Source of the DNA: Caloramator sp.
Lineage (GTDB): Bacteria; Bacillota; Clostridia; Clostridiales; Caloramatoraceae
Direction: 5' to 3'
DNA: 49,280 nt
Assembly (NCBI GenBank): GCA_026417075.1
Contig: JAOADY010000045.1
Location: forward strand, 1-49,280
Below the pieces are notes generated by a model. It saw nothing but the letters and a program-made list of their open reading frames with translations. It ran no database searches and was not told the DNA's origin. Position 1 is the first letter of the stretch. Each line of letters starts with the position of its first letter. This document shows, in pieces, positions 8,469-17,690 of this stretch. The translations under genes were made by a program, and so were the position numbers.

Positions 8469-9791
8469 TTATCCACCAGCATTGCTGATGGATAATTGCT
8501 TTATAATACTTTTTTTAACATCATATAAAGATGTTAGCACGAGCCAATTCTGCGGGAAGAACCTTCCTATCGTCCAATAGCTGACTCCTCCAAGATTATA
8601 TTCATCAACAAGTAAAAGTTTTGCCTCTATGCTTCTTGCATCTTCAAACCATACTACATGCTGCTTCCCCTGAGAATCATAATAATTGAAAAAGGGTGCT
8701 TTTGATTTTGTATCAAACTGTATCGCAGCCCTATTTATCCTTGCAAGTTCTACAGCACCTGTATTTGATACAGTCTGTGCAGCCGTATTAGGCCTGTAGG
8801 GCAATGTCCAGTCATATCCATAATTAGGCATGCCCATCAATATTTTTTCTGAAGGTATTTCTGTAACAGCATAGTCGAGAACCCTTCTAACCTCATTAAC
8901 TGGAGCAACTGCAAGAGGAGGCCCAAAAGTATATCCCCATTCATAGGTCATTAGTATTACAAAATCTACAGCCGCTCCATGAGCAGCATAATCATGAGCT
9001 TCATATAAAAGTCCCTTCTGATCCTTTGAAGTTTTTGGTGCAAGGGAAGTTAAAAGTATATAACCGAGGGGTTTTAATCTTGCATTAATTTTATTAATAA
9101 ACTCATTGTATTTTACTCTATCGTCAGGATAAATATATTCAATATCGAGATTAAGACCATAGTAGTTTTTAGCCTTCATCGTAGATATTATGTTGTTAAT
9201 TAGCTTTTCCTGAACCACATTATCAGTAAGAATTCCTCGTGCAATGTCGCTACTAAATCCTTTCCCTTCTTCAATATTTGTAACAACCATTATGGACGCA
9301 ACCTTGTTTTCCCTTGCTAATTTTATTAATTCGTTATCATCTATTGTAGATAAAGTTCCATCTGCTTTAATTTCATAGCTAAATATGCTGAGGTAGGTAA
9401 GATAAGGAAATGTTTTTCTTAATACATCAGGACTTGTACCTGGAAAAGCATATCCATTTACATATATGCTTCCAAGTTTTTTAGTTCTATCGGGTATAAT
9501 AATGAACTGTCCCGGTTGAATCATCGATGGGTTTGTAATATTAGGGTTAGCTGAAAGTATATCATCAATACTTATTTTATATTGCTTTGCAATAGAATAA
9601 AGTGATTCTAACGACATAACTTTATGGACCCTTGTACCCTCTTTTATAACGAGAGTTTGCCCTACAACAAGCTGATTAGGATTGATAAGCTCATTATCAG
9701 AAGCAATTTTTTCAGGTGAAACACGATAAAACCTGCCTATTGTATAAAGACTTTCACCAGGTTTTACAACATGAATTATCAAAAACACCAC
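8469..9791 (-). CDS. 2x LysM + GH18 spore cortex peptidoglycan hydrolase (YaaH/SleL/YdhD-like)
   Basis: Two LysM repeats (HVVKPGESLY, HKVMSLESLY), GLNLDIEY catalytic segment, MTYEWGY, WFEDARS. True start probably TTG near 9782. Confidence 0.9.
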   Translation of the reverse strand: MVFLIIHVVKPGESLYTIGRFYRVSPEKIASDNELINPNQLVVGQTLVIKEGTRVHKVMSLESLYSIAKQYKISIDDILSANPNITNPSMIQPGQFIIIPDRTKKLGSIYVNGYAFPGTSPDVLRKTFPYLTYLSIFSYEIKADGTLSTIDDNELIKLARENKVASIMVVTNIEEGKGFSSDIARGILTDNVVQEKLINNIISTMKAKNYYGLNLDIEYIYPDDRVKYNEFINKINARLKPLGYILLTSLAPKTSKDQKGLLYEAHDYAAHGAAVDFVILMTYEWGYTFGPPLAVAPVNEVRRVLDYAVTEIPSEKILMGMPNYGYDWTLPYRPNTAAQTVSNTGAVELARINRAAIQFDTKSKAPFFNYYDSQGKQHVVWFEDARSIEAKLLLVDEYNLGGVSYWTIGRFFPQNWLVLTSLYDVKKSIIKQLSISNAGG

Positions 9792-10126
9792 ACCTTTTAA
9801 AATACTCTATTCCAATATATGTAAAAAAATTAAATTAGAACACAATAAATAATTTTAAGATATTAAAATCCAATCATAAACGTAACTAAATTAAATAAAA
9901 CAGTATAAAAATCTAAATCTTTCTTACTTAAAGGCTTAGCGTATGCTCTATAAAGAAAATATTCAATAAATACAATCATAATCTCCATAATATAAAATAC
10001 AATATAAGAAGCCTTAATGCTGGAATCGTAGTATATTATGGTCTTTATGAAATTGCTCCCTATTCAGATGGCATACAAGAATTTAAAATACCCTTTGCAA
10101 ATTTAAAAGATAAATTGAAATTTAAT

Positions 10127-10188
10127 TTTTAATCATTATAAAAAGCCTTTAAGCATAAAAGCTAAAAGGCTTTTTATAATGATTAAAA
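10127..10188. terminator. Long hairpin (24-bp perfect arms) downstream of the MFS gene, adjoining a motif variant
   Basis: TTTTAATCATTATAAAAAGCCTTT (10127-10150) pairs with AAAGGCTTTTTATAATGATTAAAA (10165-10188). Confidence 0.6.
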
Positions 10189-10190
10189 GA

Positions 10191-10269
10191 GAGCTGTCCC
10201 CCATCACCCTTTAAATTCACCATTAATAAACATCCCCATCTTTAATCGTTAAAAAAACAGAACTGTCCC
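10191..10269 (+). repeat. Two motif copies: GAGCTGTCCC and GAACTGTCCC
   Basis: 10191-10200 (one mismatch) and 10260-10269; the second touches the MFS stop codon at 10270. Confidence 0.8.
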
Positions 10270-11487
10270 TTAAGATTTCATGTCAACCTTCATATTCTGC
10301 TCCTGTGTGAGACCTATACTATTTATCAAAACAAAGGCTATTGCGAAAAATATAACTCCATATATAAACATATATCTATATCCAAAGATATCTATTACAC
10401 TTCCTAAAAGTGGGGGAGATACTATATTTGCAACAGATGAAAAAAGATAGTAAAGTCCTGTGTAAATTCCCGTCTGACCTTTAGGCGCCATATCAGTTAC
10501 AAAAGGATATGAATTTATATTTATAAGTGCCCAAAAAAATCCGCAAATTACGAAAATCCCCCTTATAAAATTTATATTTTTAATAAAAGCAATCACTAAA
10601 AAGCAACAAATAAGCCCTAGTATCCCCATAGATATTGTTTTTTTCTTTCCTATTTTAGTCCCTATTATTCCAGCAGGTATTGCAAAAATCAAAAATGATA
10701 TAGAAATAAATGTAAAAGATATTGAAGCAGTACTTGTCGAAACTTTCAGGTAATTCTCTCCATAAAGAGTAAAGAAAGCCTCAATTCCAGCATAAGCAAT
10801 AAAATAGCTACAAATTGTCAAAAGAAGAAATAAAACATTTTTAACATTACCTGATGCTTTTATTCCGCTTATAAGCTCTACTTTTTTTTCCTTGCTACTC
10901 TCATATCCTATTACATCTCTTTTTTCCTTAATAAAGTTAAATAAAACAATAAAAGAAAGTAACATAAGTGTAGCAGAAAGATAAAATGGATATTTTATAT
11001 CTTTATTCCAAAGTATTGATCCTACGAAATAAGCAATAACAGCGCCAACTCCTCCCATAAAGTTTATTATGCTGTTTGCCTTGCTTCTGTTTTCTTTATG
11101 TGTTATATCCGGCATTAATGAAATTACAGGAGAGCGAAATATACTCATTGAAAGATTCATAAGTACTATAAATACAATAAGAGTTAAAAAACTTTTCTGG
11201 TTTGCAAGCAAAATAATAAATACAGTTGCAAGAGGCATACCTACCATTATAAAAGGCATCCTCTTCCCAAACCTTGTATCTATTCTATCACTCATCATAC
11301 CAACAGTAGGCTGAACAAATACAGCAAAATAATTATCTATGGTCATAATAAACCCTATTAACGCTGCGCTGCTAATATAATTACTTAAAATTTTAGGCAT
11401 AAACGCATTATATACAGACCAGGTAACGCTTATTGCAAAAAATCCAAAACCAAGCAAAAAGGTTTTCTTATAATTAATCCTATTCAT
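10270..11487 (-). CDS. MFS transporter (maltose/sucrose permease-like)
   Basis: About 12 TM segments, QPTVGMMSDRIDTRFGKRMPF loop, SLMPDIT; overlaps the GDPD stop. Confidence 0.85.
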   Translation of the reverse strand: MNRINYKKTFLLGFGFFAISVTWSVYNAFMPKILSNYISSAALIGFIMTIDNYFAVFVQPTVGMMSDRIDTRFGKRMPFIMVGMPLATVFIILLANQKSFLTLIVFIVLMNLSMSIFRSPVISLMPDITHKENRSKANSIINFMGGVGAVIAYFVGSILWNKDIKYPFYLSATLMLLSFIVLFNFIKEKRDVIGYESSKEKKVELISGIKASGNVKNVLFLLLTICSYFIAYAGIEAFFTLYGENYLKVSTSTASISFTFISISFLIFAIPAGIIGTKIGKKKTISMGILGLICCFLVIAFIKNINFIRGIFVICGFFWALININSYPFVTDMAPKGQTGIYTGLYYLFSSVANIVSPPLLGSVIDIFGYRYMFIYGVIFFAIAFVLINSIGLTQEQNMKVDMKS

Positions 11488-12211
11488 TGCTATCCTCCAT
11501 CAATTTTTTAAGTTTATCAGGATAATTCGTAATAATTCCATCAACTTTCTCCTTAAGTAAATATTTCATATATTTTTCTTCATTAACCGTAAATGTGTTT
11601 ATCATAACTTTTTCCCTTTTAATCTCATCAATTACCTCCTTTCTTAAAGTATAAAAATATGGATGCAACGCATCAGCACCAACAAATCTACAATATTTTT
11701 CAGGTTTGTATATTCCCTCCATATATAAAAGCCCTGTTTTAATTTCCTTCGATATTTTTTTGCACATCACCATTGAATAATGATTAAAACTTGATAATAT
11801 AACCTTTTTTTCTATACCATATTTGTATATTGTATCTATTAGTTTTTCTTCTATTTTATTGTAGATTATAATCCCCGATTTAATCTCAAAATTTATAATT
11901 ATATCCTTATCTTTAACAAGTTCGATAAGTTCTTCTATTGCAGGCACCTTTTCTCCTATAAATTTTTTAGAAAAAAATTCCCCTGCATCAAGTTTTCTTA
12001 TCTCCTCAAAGGTATAATCCTTCACAAACCCCGTACCATTTGTAGTCCTGTCAACTCTCTCATCGTGCATGAGTATAAGAGAACCGTCCCTAGTCATCTG
12101 AACATCAGTTTCAATACCAGTGCATCCCATTTCTATCGCCTTTTCAAAAGAAATCATAGTGTTTTCAGGGTAATAGCCACTTGCTCCTCTATGGGCAAAA
12201 TTTACAGTCAT
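11480..12211 (-). CDS. Glycerophosphodiester phosphodiesterase
   Basis: AHRGASG..PENT, GIETDVQMTRDG..ILMHDE.VDRTTNG, EIK, VDGIITNYPD. Confidence 0.93.
   Translation of the reverse strand: MTVNFAHRGASGYYPENTMISFEKAIEMGCTGIETDVQMTRDGSLILMHDERVDRTTNGTGFVKDYTFEEIRKLDAGEFFSKKFIGEKVPAIEELIELVKDKDIIINFEIKSGIIIYNKIEEKLIDTIYKYGIEKKVILSSFNHYSMVMCKKISKEIKTGLLYMEGIYKPEKYCRFVGADALHPYFYTLRKEVIDEIKREKVMINTFTVNEEKYMKYLLKEKVDGIITNYPDKLKKLMEDSNE
12081..12090 (+). repeat. GAACYGTCCC motif copy inside the GDPD CDS
   Basis: AGAGAACCGTCCCT (12078-12091) is identical over 14 nt to the intergenic copy at 8381-8394. Confidence 0.5.
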
Positions 12212-12520
12212 AGAATCATCTCCTAATTTTTAAATATTTGATATATATTTCTTTATTTATAACAATATTCCTTCTAAAATATAAAAAATAATTATTTCTT
12301 AAAAAATAATATATAAAAATTTTTACTTACTTTAAACATTTACTTTAGTATATTATAATTTATTACAGTATTACAAATATTATTTTTATTGTACTAAAAT
12401 TATTCCTATGATATAATAAAAAAAATCGAAAGGTGGTGGTTAATAAATATTTTTTTCTGAATTTTTAAGCAAAATTAGCTGTGTTTTTCACTAAAGAATA
12501 ATACGAAAGGAGATCTACTA

Positions 12521-13936
12521 ATGAAAAAGAAAATAGGTTTATGGGAACTTGTATTTATGAACGTTTCAGCATTATATGGTATAAGATGGATAGCAAAGTC
12601 TACCGCAGGAAGTTTCGGATTAGGTCTTGGTGCAATACCTGCTTGGGTTATATTTTCCTTTGTATTTTTTGTACCTAGTGCCCTTATTTCTGCTGAACTT
12701 GCAGCTACATATCCAAGAGATGGTGGACTTTATGAATGGGTTAAAGAAGCTTATGGTGAAAAATGGGGATTTATGGTATCTTGGCTTAACTGGACAGCTA
12801 AAATATTCTGGTATTCTTCATTTTTAACCTTTTTTACTGTTAATATATCCTTTGCTATAGGTAAGCCAGAATTGGCTAATAATAAAATGTTTGTACTTAT
12901 ATTATCTCTTATAACTTTTTGGTTATTATCTTTTATAAGTGTAAAGGGTATGAGTTTTGGTAAAATATTTACAAATATCGGAGCTTTAGGTTCAACAATA
13001 CCTTCTATACTCCTTATTTTAATGGCTTTTATTTCTATCGTAATATTTAAAAAAACTCCAGCTTCTACATACACAGTTTCAACGCTTTTGCCTAAAATTA
13101 ACATAGATTCTCTTGTAGCAATTTCATCTATTATGTTTGCTCTAAGTGGTGCTGAAACTACTGCTAATTTTATTACCGAAGTTGAAGATGCTAAAAATGT
13201 ATTCCCAAAAGCTATTATGCTCGCTGCTCTAATCGTTGGAGGCTTATATGTTCTTGGCTCTATAGCTATTACATCAATTCTCCCTACTAGCAAAATAACA
13301 GCTTCAAGAGGTGTACTAGAAGCTCTTGCAACAGTTGCTTCAACTCTTGGCATAGGTTCTTGGTTTATACATCTTATTGCAGTTGCTATATCTTTTTCAA
13401 TAATTGGTGCAATAATACTTTACATAGCTTCTCCAATAAAAATGTTATTTGGAAGTGTACCAAAAGGAATTTTCCCAGAACATTTTACAAAACTAAACAA
13501 ATATAATATACCCTCAAACGCTGTAATTTTGCAGGCTATTATAGTAAGCATAATACTTCTTGGAACAAATCTTCTACCTTCAGTAGATGCTATATACAAT
13601 GTACTTTTGACTATGACTGCTCTTACACAGCTTTTCCCATATGTACTGCTATTTGCTTCTTATATTAAACTTAAAAAGGAAAAACCTAATGAATATAGAC
13701 CTTACCAAATAACAACAGATAATAAAAAATCTATAACAATTGCTAATATGGTTTTATTTATTACTATTCTTGGCATTATATTCTCTGCCTCACCTGTTAT
13801 GAAAACTCTAAAAGAAAATATTATATATGAAATTGAAATGATCGGAGGCGGCCTTGTAGTAATATTTACAGGATTACTACTATGGAAAAACTATGAAAAA
13901 AGTATACTAAAAAACAAAACAACATATAAAAAATAA
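12521..13936 (+). CDS. APC family amino acid permease
   Basis: About 12 TM segments, AELAATYPRDGGLYEWV, FALSGAE; RBS AAGGAG. Confidence 0.9.
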   Translation: MKKKIGLWELVFMNVSALYGIRWIAKSTAGSFGLGLGAIPAWVIFSFVFFVPSALISAELAATYPRDGGLYEWVKEAYGEKWGFMVSWLNWTAKIFWYSSFLTFFTVNISFAIGKPELANNKMFVLILSLITFWLLSFISVKGMSFGKIFTNIGALGSTIPSILLILMAFISIVIFKKTPASTYTVSTLLPKINIDSLVAISSIMFALSGAETTANFITEVEDAKNVFPKAIMLAALIVGGLYVLGSIAITSILPTSKITASRGVLEALATVASTLGIGSWFIHLIAVAISFSIIGAIILYIASPIKMLFGSVPKGIFPEHFTKLNKYNIPSNAVILQAIIVSIILLGTNLLPSVDAIYNVLLTMTALTQLFPYVLLFASYIKLKKEKPNEYRPYQITTDNKKSITIANMVLFITILGIIFSASPVMKTLKENIIYEIEMIGGGLVVIFTGLLLWKNYEKSILKNKTTYKK

Positions 13937-13943
13937 CAGTATA

Positions 13944-13996
13944 AAAACTTATAACAGATTATATTATAATAAACTTAATAATCTGTTATAAGTTTT
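13944..13996. terminator. Intergenic hairpin between permease and peptidase
   Basis: AAAACTTATAACAGATTAT / ATAATCTGTTATAAGTTTT perfect 19-bp arms. Confidence 0.5.
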
Positions 13997-14033
13997 AAAT
14001 ATTTACTAATATTTATTATAGGGAGGAGTTAAT

Positions 14034-15110
14034 ATGTTCAAGGAAAGACTTGATAAAGTCTTAAAAGAGATGGAAAAACAAAATATACCCCAAATCATAA
14101 TCTCTGATTCTGCTTCAATTTTTTATCTTACAGGTAAATGGATACACCCTGGTGAAAGAATGCTTGTATTATATTTAAATACAAACCAAAACTGCAAACT
14201 TTTTATAAATGAATTATTTCCTCTAAATGATGATATTGGTATAGAAAAAGTTTTTTTCAATGATGCTGATGATCCTATAAAGCTATTATCTAAACATATA
14301 GAAGATGGAAAAACTTTAGGCATAGATAAAAATTGGTCTGCCCGTTTTCTTATAAAACTTATGGAATTTAAAAATAACTGCTCATTTGTAATAGGCTCAA
14401 AAATTATAGATAAAATAAGGATGCAAAAAGATTTTAAAGAAATTGAACTTATGCGTCAATCTTCAAAAATCAATGATATCGCTGTAAAAAAATTAATTGA
14501 ATTTATTCCTCAAAAATTTACCGAAAAAAAAATGGGGAAAATTCTTCTTGATATTTACGAAGAATTAGGTGCTGAAGGATACTCCTTTGATCCTATTATT
14601 GCTTACGGTGCTAATGCTGCAAATCCACATCATTCACCCGGAAATTCTACAGTTAAAGAAGGTGACAGCATCATAATAGATATAGGTTGTATAAAAGATT
14701 CCTATTGTTCAGATATAACTAGGACAATATTTTATAAAAAAGTTTCAGATGAAGCTGCTAAGATATATAATACAGTCCTTGAAGCTAACAAACGAGCAAT
14801 AGACAAGGTAAAACCAGGAGTAAAATTTTGTGATATAGATGCTGCTGCACGAAATTATATTGAAAATGCTGGATATGGAAAATATTTTACTCATAGAACT
14901 GGACATTCAATAGGTATAGAAGTTCACGAATATGGAGATGTTTCATCTACTAATAATGATAAACTTGATGTAGGTATGATATTCTCAATTGAACCTGGTA
15001 TATATGTTCCTGGAATTACAGGTGTAAGAATAGAAGATTTAGTAGTCGTAACTGAAGATGGATGTGAAATTTTAACAAAATCTGATAAAGCCTTAACTAT
15101 TATAGAATAA
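14034..15110 (+). CDS. pepQ: Xaa-Pro dipeptidase (M24 family)
   Basis: DIGC...YCSDITRT, HRTGHSIG.EVHE, SIEPGIY, GVRIEDLV. Confidence 0.88.
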   Translation: MFKERLDKVLKEMEKQNIPQIIISDSASIFYLTGKWIHPGERMLVLYLNTNQNCKLFINELFPLNDDIGIEKVFFNDADDPIKLLSKHIEDGKTLGIDKNWSARFLIKLMEFKNNCSFVIGSKIIDKIRMQKDFKEIELMRQSSKINDIAVKKLIEFIPQKFTEKKMGKILLDIYEELGAEGYSFDPIIAYGANAANPHHSPGNSTVKEGDSIIIDIGCIKDSYCSDITRTIFYKKVSDEAAKIYNTVLEANKRAIDKVKPGVKFCDIDAAARNYIENAGYGKYFTHRTGHSIGIEVHEYGDVSSTNNDKLDVGMIFSIEPGIYVPGITGVRIEDLVVVTEDGCEILTKSDKALTIIE

Positions 15111-15115
15111 ATTTC

Positions 15116-15151
15116 AAGCCCCATAAAGCAACCAAAGCTTATTTGGGGCTA
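15116..15151. terminator. Bidirectional terminator between convergent genes
   Basis: AGCCCCA..AAGC / GCTT..TGGGGCT stem. Confidence 0.65.
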
Positions 15152-15159
15152 AACTTATA

Positions 15160-15705
15160 TCAAAAAATAGCTGGAGTTAGTACTGTGAGCAATTTTACCT
15201 TTTGCTTTGAAGGATTATACCAAAGATGGGGCATCATTGATGGATAATGTATTGATTCCCCTGAATTTACATAATATTTTTCGCCATCAACATCAATAAT
15301 TAAATTGCCTTCAAGAACATAAACAAATTCTTCTCCTGGATGATTAAATTTACTTCCTAATACACTTTCAGGCTGAATATAAACAATCATAGCTTCAAGC
15401 ATTCTTTGTGGAAATTCTCCACTTAAAAGAATATATTCTGCAGAATTACCTTCTATTTTGAATATTTTCTGTTGATCTGTTTTAATATGAAAACTGTGAT
15501 TATTATAAGAATTAAAAAATTCTGTTATTGGTACATTTAATGCATCAGCTATTTTCTTAAGGGAAGTTATTGCCAACGATGAATATCCATTTTCAACTTG
15601 AGATAAAAAACTAATAGATAATCCAGTCATTTCACTTAATTCTTTTAAGGTTAGAGCCTTTTGTTTTCTTAGTTTACTTATCTTTTCTCCAATCTCATTA
15701 ATCAT
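15160..15705 (-). CDS. XRE-family HTH + cupin transcriptional regulator
   Basis: LTLKELSEMTGLSISFLSQVENG HTH; cupin HPGEEFVYVLEG...PH. Confidence 0.9.
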   Translation of the reverse strand: MINEIGEKISKLRKQKALTLKELSEMTGLSISFLSQVENGYSSLAITSLKKIADALNVPITEFFNSYNNHSFHIKTDQQKIFKIEGNSAEYILLSGEFPQRMLEAMIVYIQPESVLGSKFNHPGEEFVYVLEGNLIIDVDGEKYYVNSGESIHYPSMMPHLWYNPSKQKVKLLTVLTPAIF

Positions 15706-15797
15706 TTTAACCTCCTAATACTTTATAATTTAATACATCATTAATATTAAGTTATATTAACTTAATATTAAAAACAATAAAAGAAATGTTCTTTTTA

Positions 15798-15840
15798 AAA
15801 AACTCCTTCCAAAAGTTTATTGCTTTGGTAGGAGTTTTTT
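15798..15840 (-). terminator. Probable terminator of the upstream membrane-protein gene
   Basis: AAAAACTCCT.CCAAA / TTTGG.AGGAGTTTTT stem. Confidence 0.6.
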
Positions 15841-15887
15841 ACTACTATAATGAAATTAGTTTCTCACTTATCAATTAAAAGGCATTC

Positions 15888-16811
15888 TTATATACTCAAT
15901 GATTTTATTTCTTTGTAACTGTCAAGATTGATATAAAGTTCATCCTTTAGAGGATTTCTCTTTGTATTCTTTATTATATATAAATAATACGCAAATACAG
16001 CTATATTAGATAATAATGCAGTTAAACTTACTATAAATAATGCCTTTGGATTATGGGAGGATTTAACTGCAAACTGCGAGTTATCAATAAAATTAGGATA
16101 TGTCATCGCAAACATACACCAAAAAGCAAGAGTGTGCGCTCTATGCTGAAGCCATGCCCCCTTTTTAATAAAGAAAGCTGAAACTGTTGGAGCTAAAAGA
16201 AGAGCTATTCCGCAGTACCAAGAATGATCCGGTAAACAATTATAAGTATATGCAAAATTCCATAAATCATAGGCTATAATCCAAAACCATAACATATCCG
16301 GCCAAAGCATATCCCTGCTTTTATCCTTGCTTACGCATATTCCAAACCATCCTGTAATAGTTATTATATTTAAAATTCCTGCAATACCATTCATAATGTT
16401 CCAAGGGCCACTTACCATCATCATTCCCTCAAACACCTGCTTATTAAGATGGAGTCCATAAATCTGAAAATCACGAGCAACAGCTTCCATTATATTAATT
16501 GCAAGTATTAAAGGTGGAAAACAAAGTACCCATTTTTTCTGTGCTACTCCATTAACATATCTTATAATCCAAAATCCAACACATCCTGCAAGAGCAGAAT
16601 ATACCTTCGCATAATGAAACCAGTCATTAACGCTTGTTCCTTTAGTAGTTTTAGGCCAAACAGCAAAGGTTAATATAAGAGGTAGTATAACAAAAAAGAA
16701 AAATCCTCCCCATTTAAACCTTCGTGCCAGTTCATTTAGTAAAATTAAAACTAAAAATACAACAAGAAGCATAATCCAGTTTTGCAAAGGCTGAGATTCA
16801 TAAAAAAACAT
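15888..16811 (-). CDS. Conserved membrane protein (DUF5692-like)
   Basis: Trp-rich multi-TM protein with WFHYAKVYS, AYDLWNFAYTYNC, AWLQHRAHTL; RBS AAGGAGG. Confidence 0.75.
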   Translation of the reverse strand: MFFYESQPLQNWIMLLVVFLVLILLNELARRFKWGGFFFFVILPLILTFAVWPKTTKGTSVNDWFHYAKVYSALAGCVGFWIIRYVNGVAQKKWVLCFPPLILAINIMEAVARDFQIYGLHLNKQVFEGMMMVSGPWNIMNGIAGILNIITITGWFGICVSKDKSRDMLWPDMLWFWIIAYDLWNFAYTYNCLPDHSWYCGIALLLAPTVSAFFIKKGAWLQHRAHTLAFWCMFAMTYPNFIDNSQFAVKSSHNPKALFIVSLTALLSNIAVFAYYLYIIKNTKRNPLKDELYINLDSYKEIKSLSI

Positions 16812-16963
16812 AACAACTCCTCCTTTATTTGTTAATTCATCTACATATAAATTCTATGCAAATAAAAATATTCCTGTTTAACTTAATGAAAAAAATATAT
16901 TGTACTTAATTCAAAATAAAATTTTAAACATCTATTAAACTATAAACTTTTATAAATAACTGT

Positions 16964-16973
16964 GAACTGTCCC
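16964..16973 (+). repeat. GAACYGTCCC motif copy (last one in the window)
   Basis: GTGAACTGTCCC, intergenic, identical over 12 nt to the RAYT right end. Confidence 0.8.
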
Positions 16974-17062
16974 CTAATTTTCTCCAATTCTAAATCTATA
17001 CATAAGCAAATTAAAAAGGTATAATTTATAATAAGAATGTATTGATACTAAGAGGTGTTGAT

Positions 17063-17548
17063 ATGAGATATCAAATTCGCCAAAGAATTTTCAGCTTATC
17101 TGATAGTTTTACAATTAAAGATGAAATTGATGAGCCAAAATTTATAGTAAAAGGAAGGGTTTTTAGCTTAGGAGACAAATTATCTTTACAGGATTTATAC
17201 GGAAATGAACTTTTTTATATAGAGCAAAAGTTATTTAAATTTTTACCAGAATATCATATATATCAAAATGGAATATTAGTTGCAAAGGTAAAAAAAGAAT
17301 TTACTTTCTTTAAGCCAAAGTTTTTCATTGATAGTCAATACGGAGCCTTTGATATGACAGGAGATATTATAGGCTATAATTTTCAAATAACAAGAAATGG
17401 TATTAAAGTTGCCACTGTTAATAAAAAATGGTTTGCCTTCTCGGATACCTATGGAGTGGAAATAGATGATAGCGAAAATCAGGCTTTTTTATTAGCATTA
17501 GTAATCGTAATTGACCAAGTTATTCACGATAATAAACACAATCATTAA
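17063..17548 (+). CDS. LURP-one-related / scramblase-like (YxjI-type) protein
   Basis: MRYQIRQRIFSLSDSFTIKD, KKWFAFSDTYGVEI, ALVIVID; RBS GAGGTG before ATG 17063 (track start 17042). Confidence 0.85.
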   Translation: MRYQIRQRIFSLSDSFTIKDEIDEPKFIVKGRVFSLGDKLSLQDLYGNELFYIEQKLFKFLPEYHIYQNGILVAKVKKEFTFFKPKFFIDSQYGAFDMTGDIIGYNFQITRNGIKVATVNKKWFAFSDTYGVEIDDSENQAFLLALVIVIDQVIHDNKHNH

Positions 17549-17690
17549 TTTTGAATTTTAAAATCAGTTTAAGTAAAAGTTCCGTTGAAAAAGTTATAAA
17601 TTAATGATATTATTCTATACAAACGAATTTTATTACATTTAAGCATAAAATAAATATACAAATTATCCACATAGGAGGATTGATTATTAT

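Noticed and set aside
4448-16973. CRISPR array or classical integron interpretation of the repeats
   Set aside because: Repeats are only 10-14 nt with spacing from tens to thousands of bp; no cas genes, no tyrosine-recombinase integrase, no attC-like hairpins.
17663-17671. Perfect DnaA box TTATCCACA (also at 5954 and 30238)
   Set aside because: Three scattered copies, two inside CDSs, against roughly one expected by chance; no cluster, so no origin.
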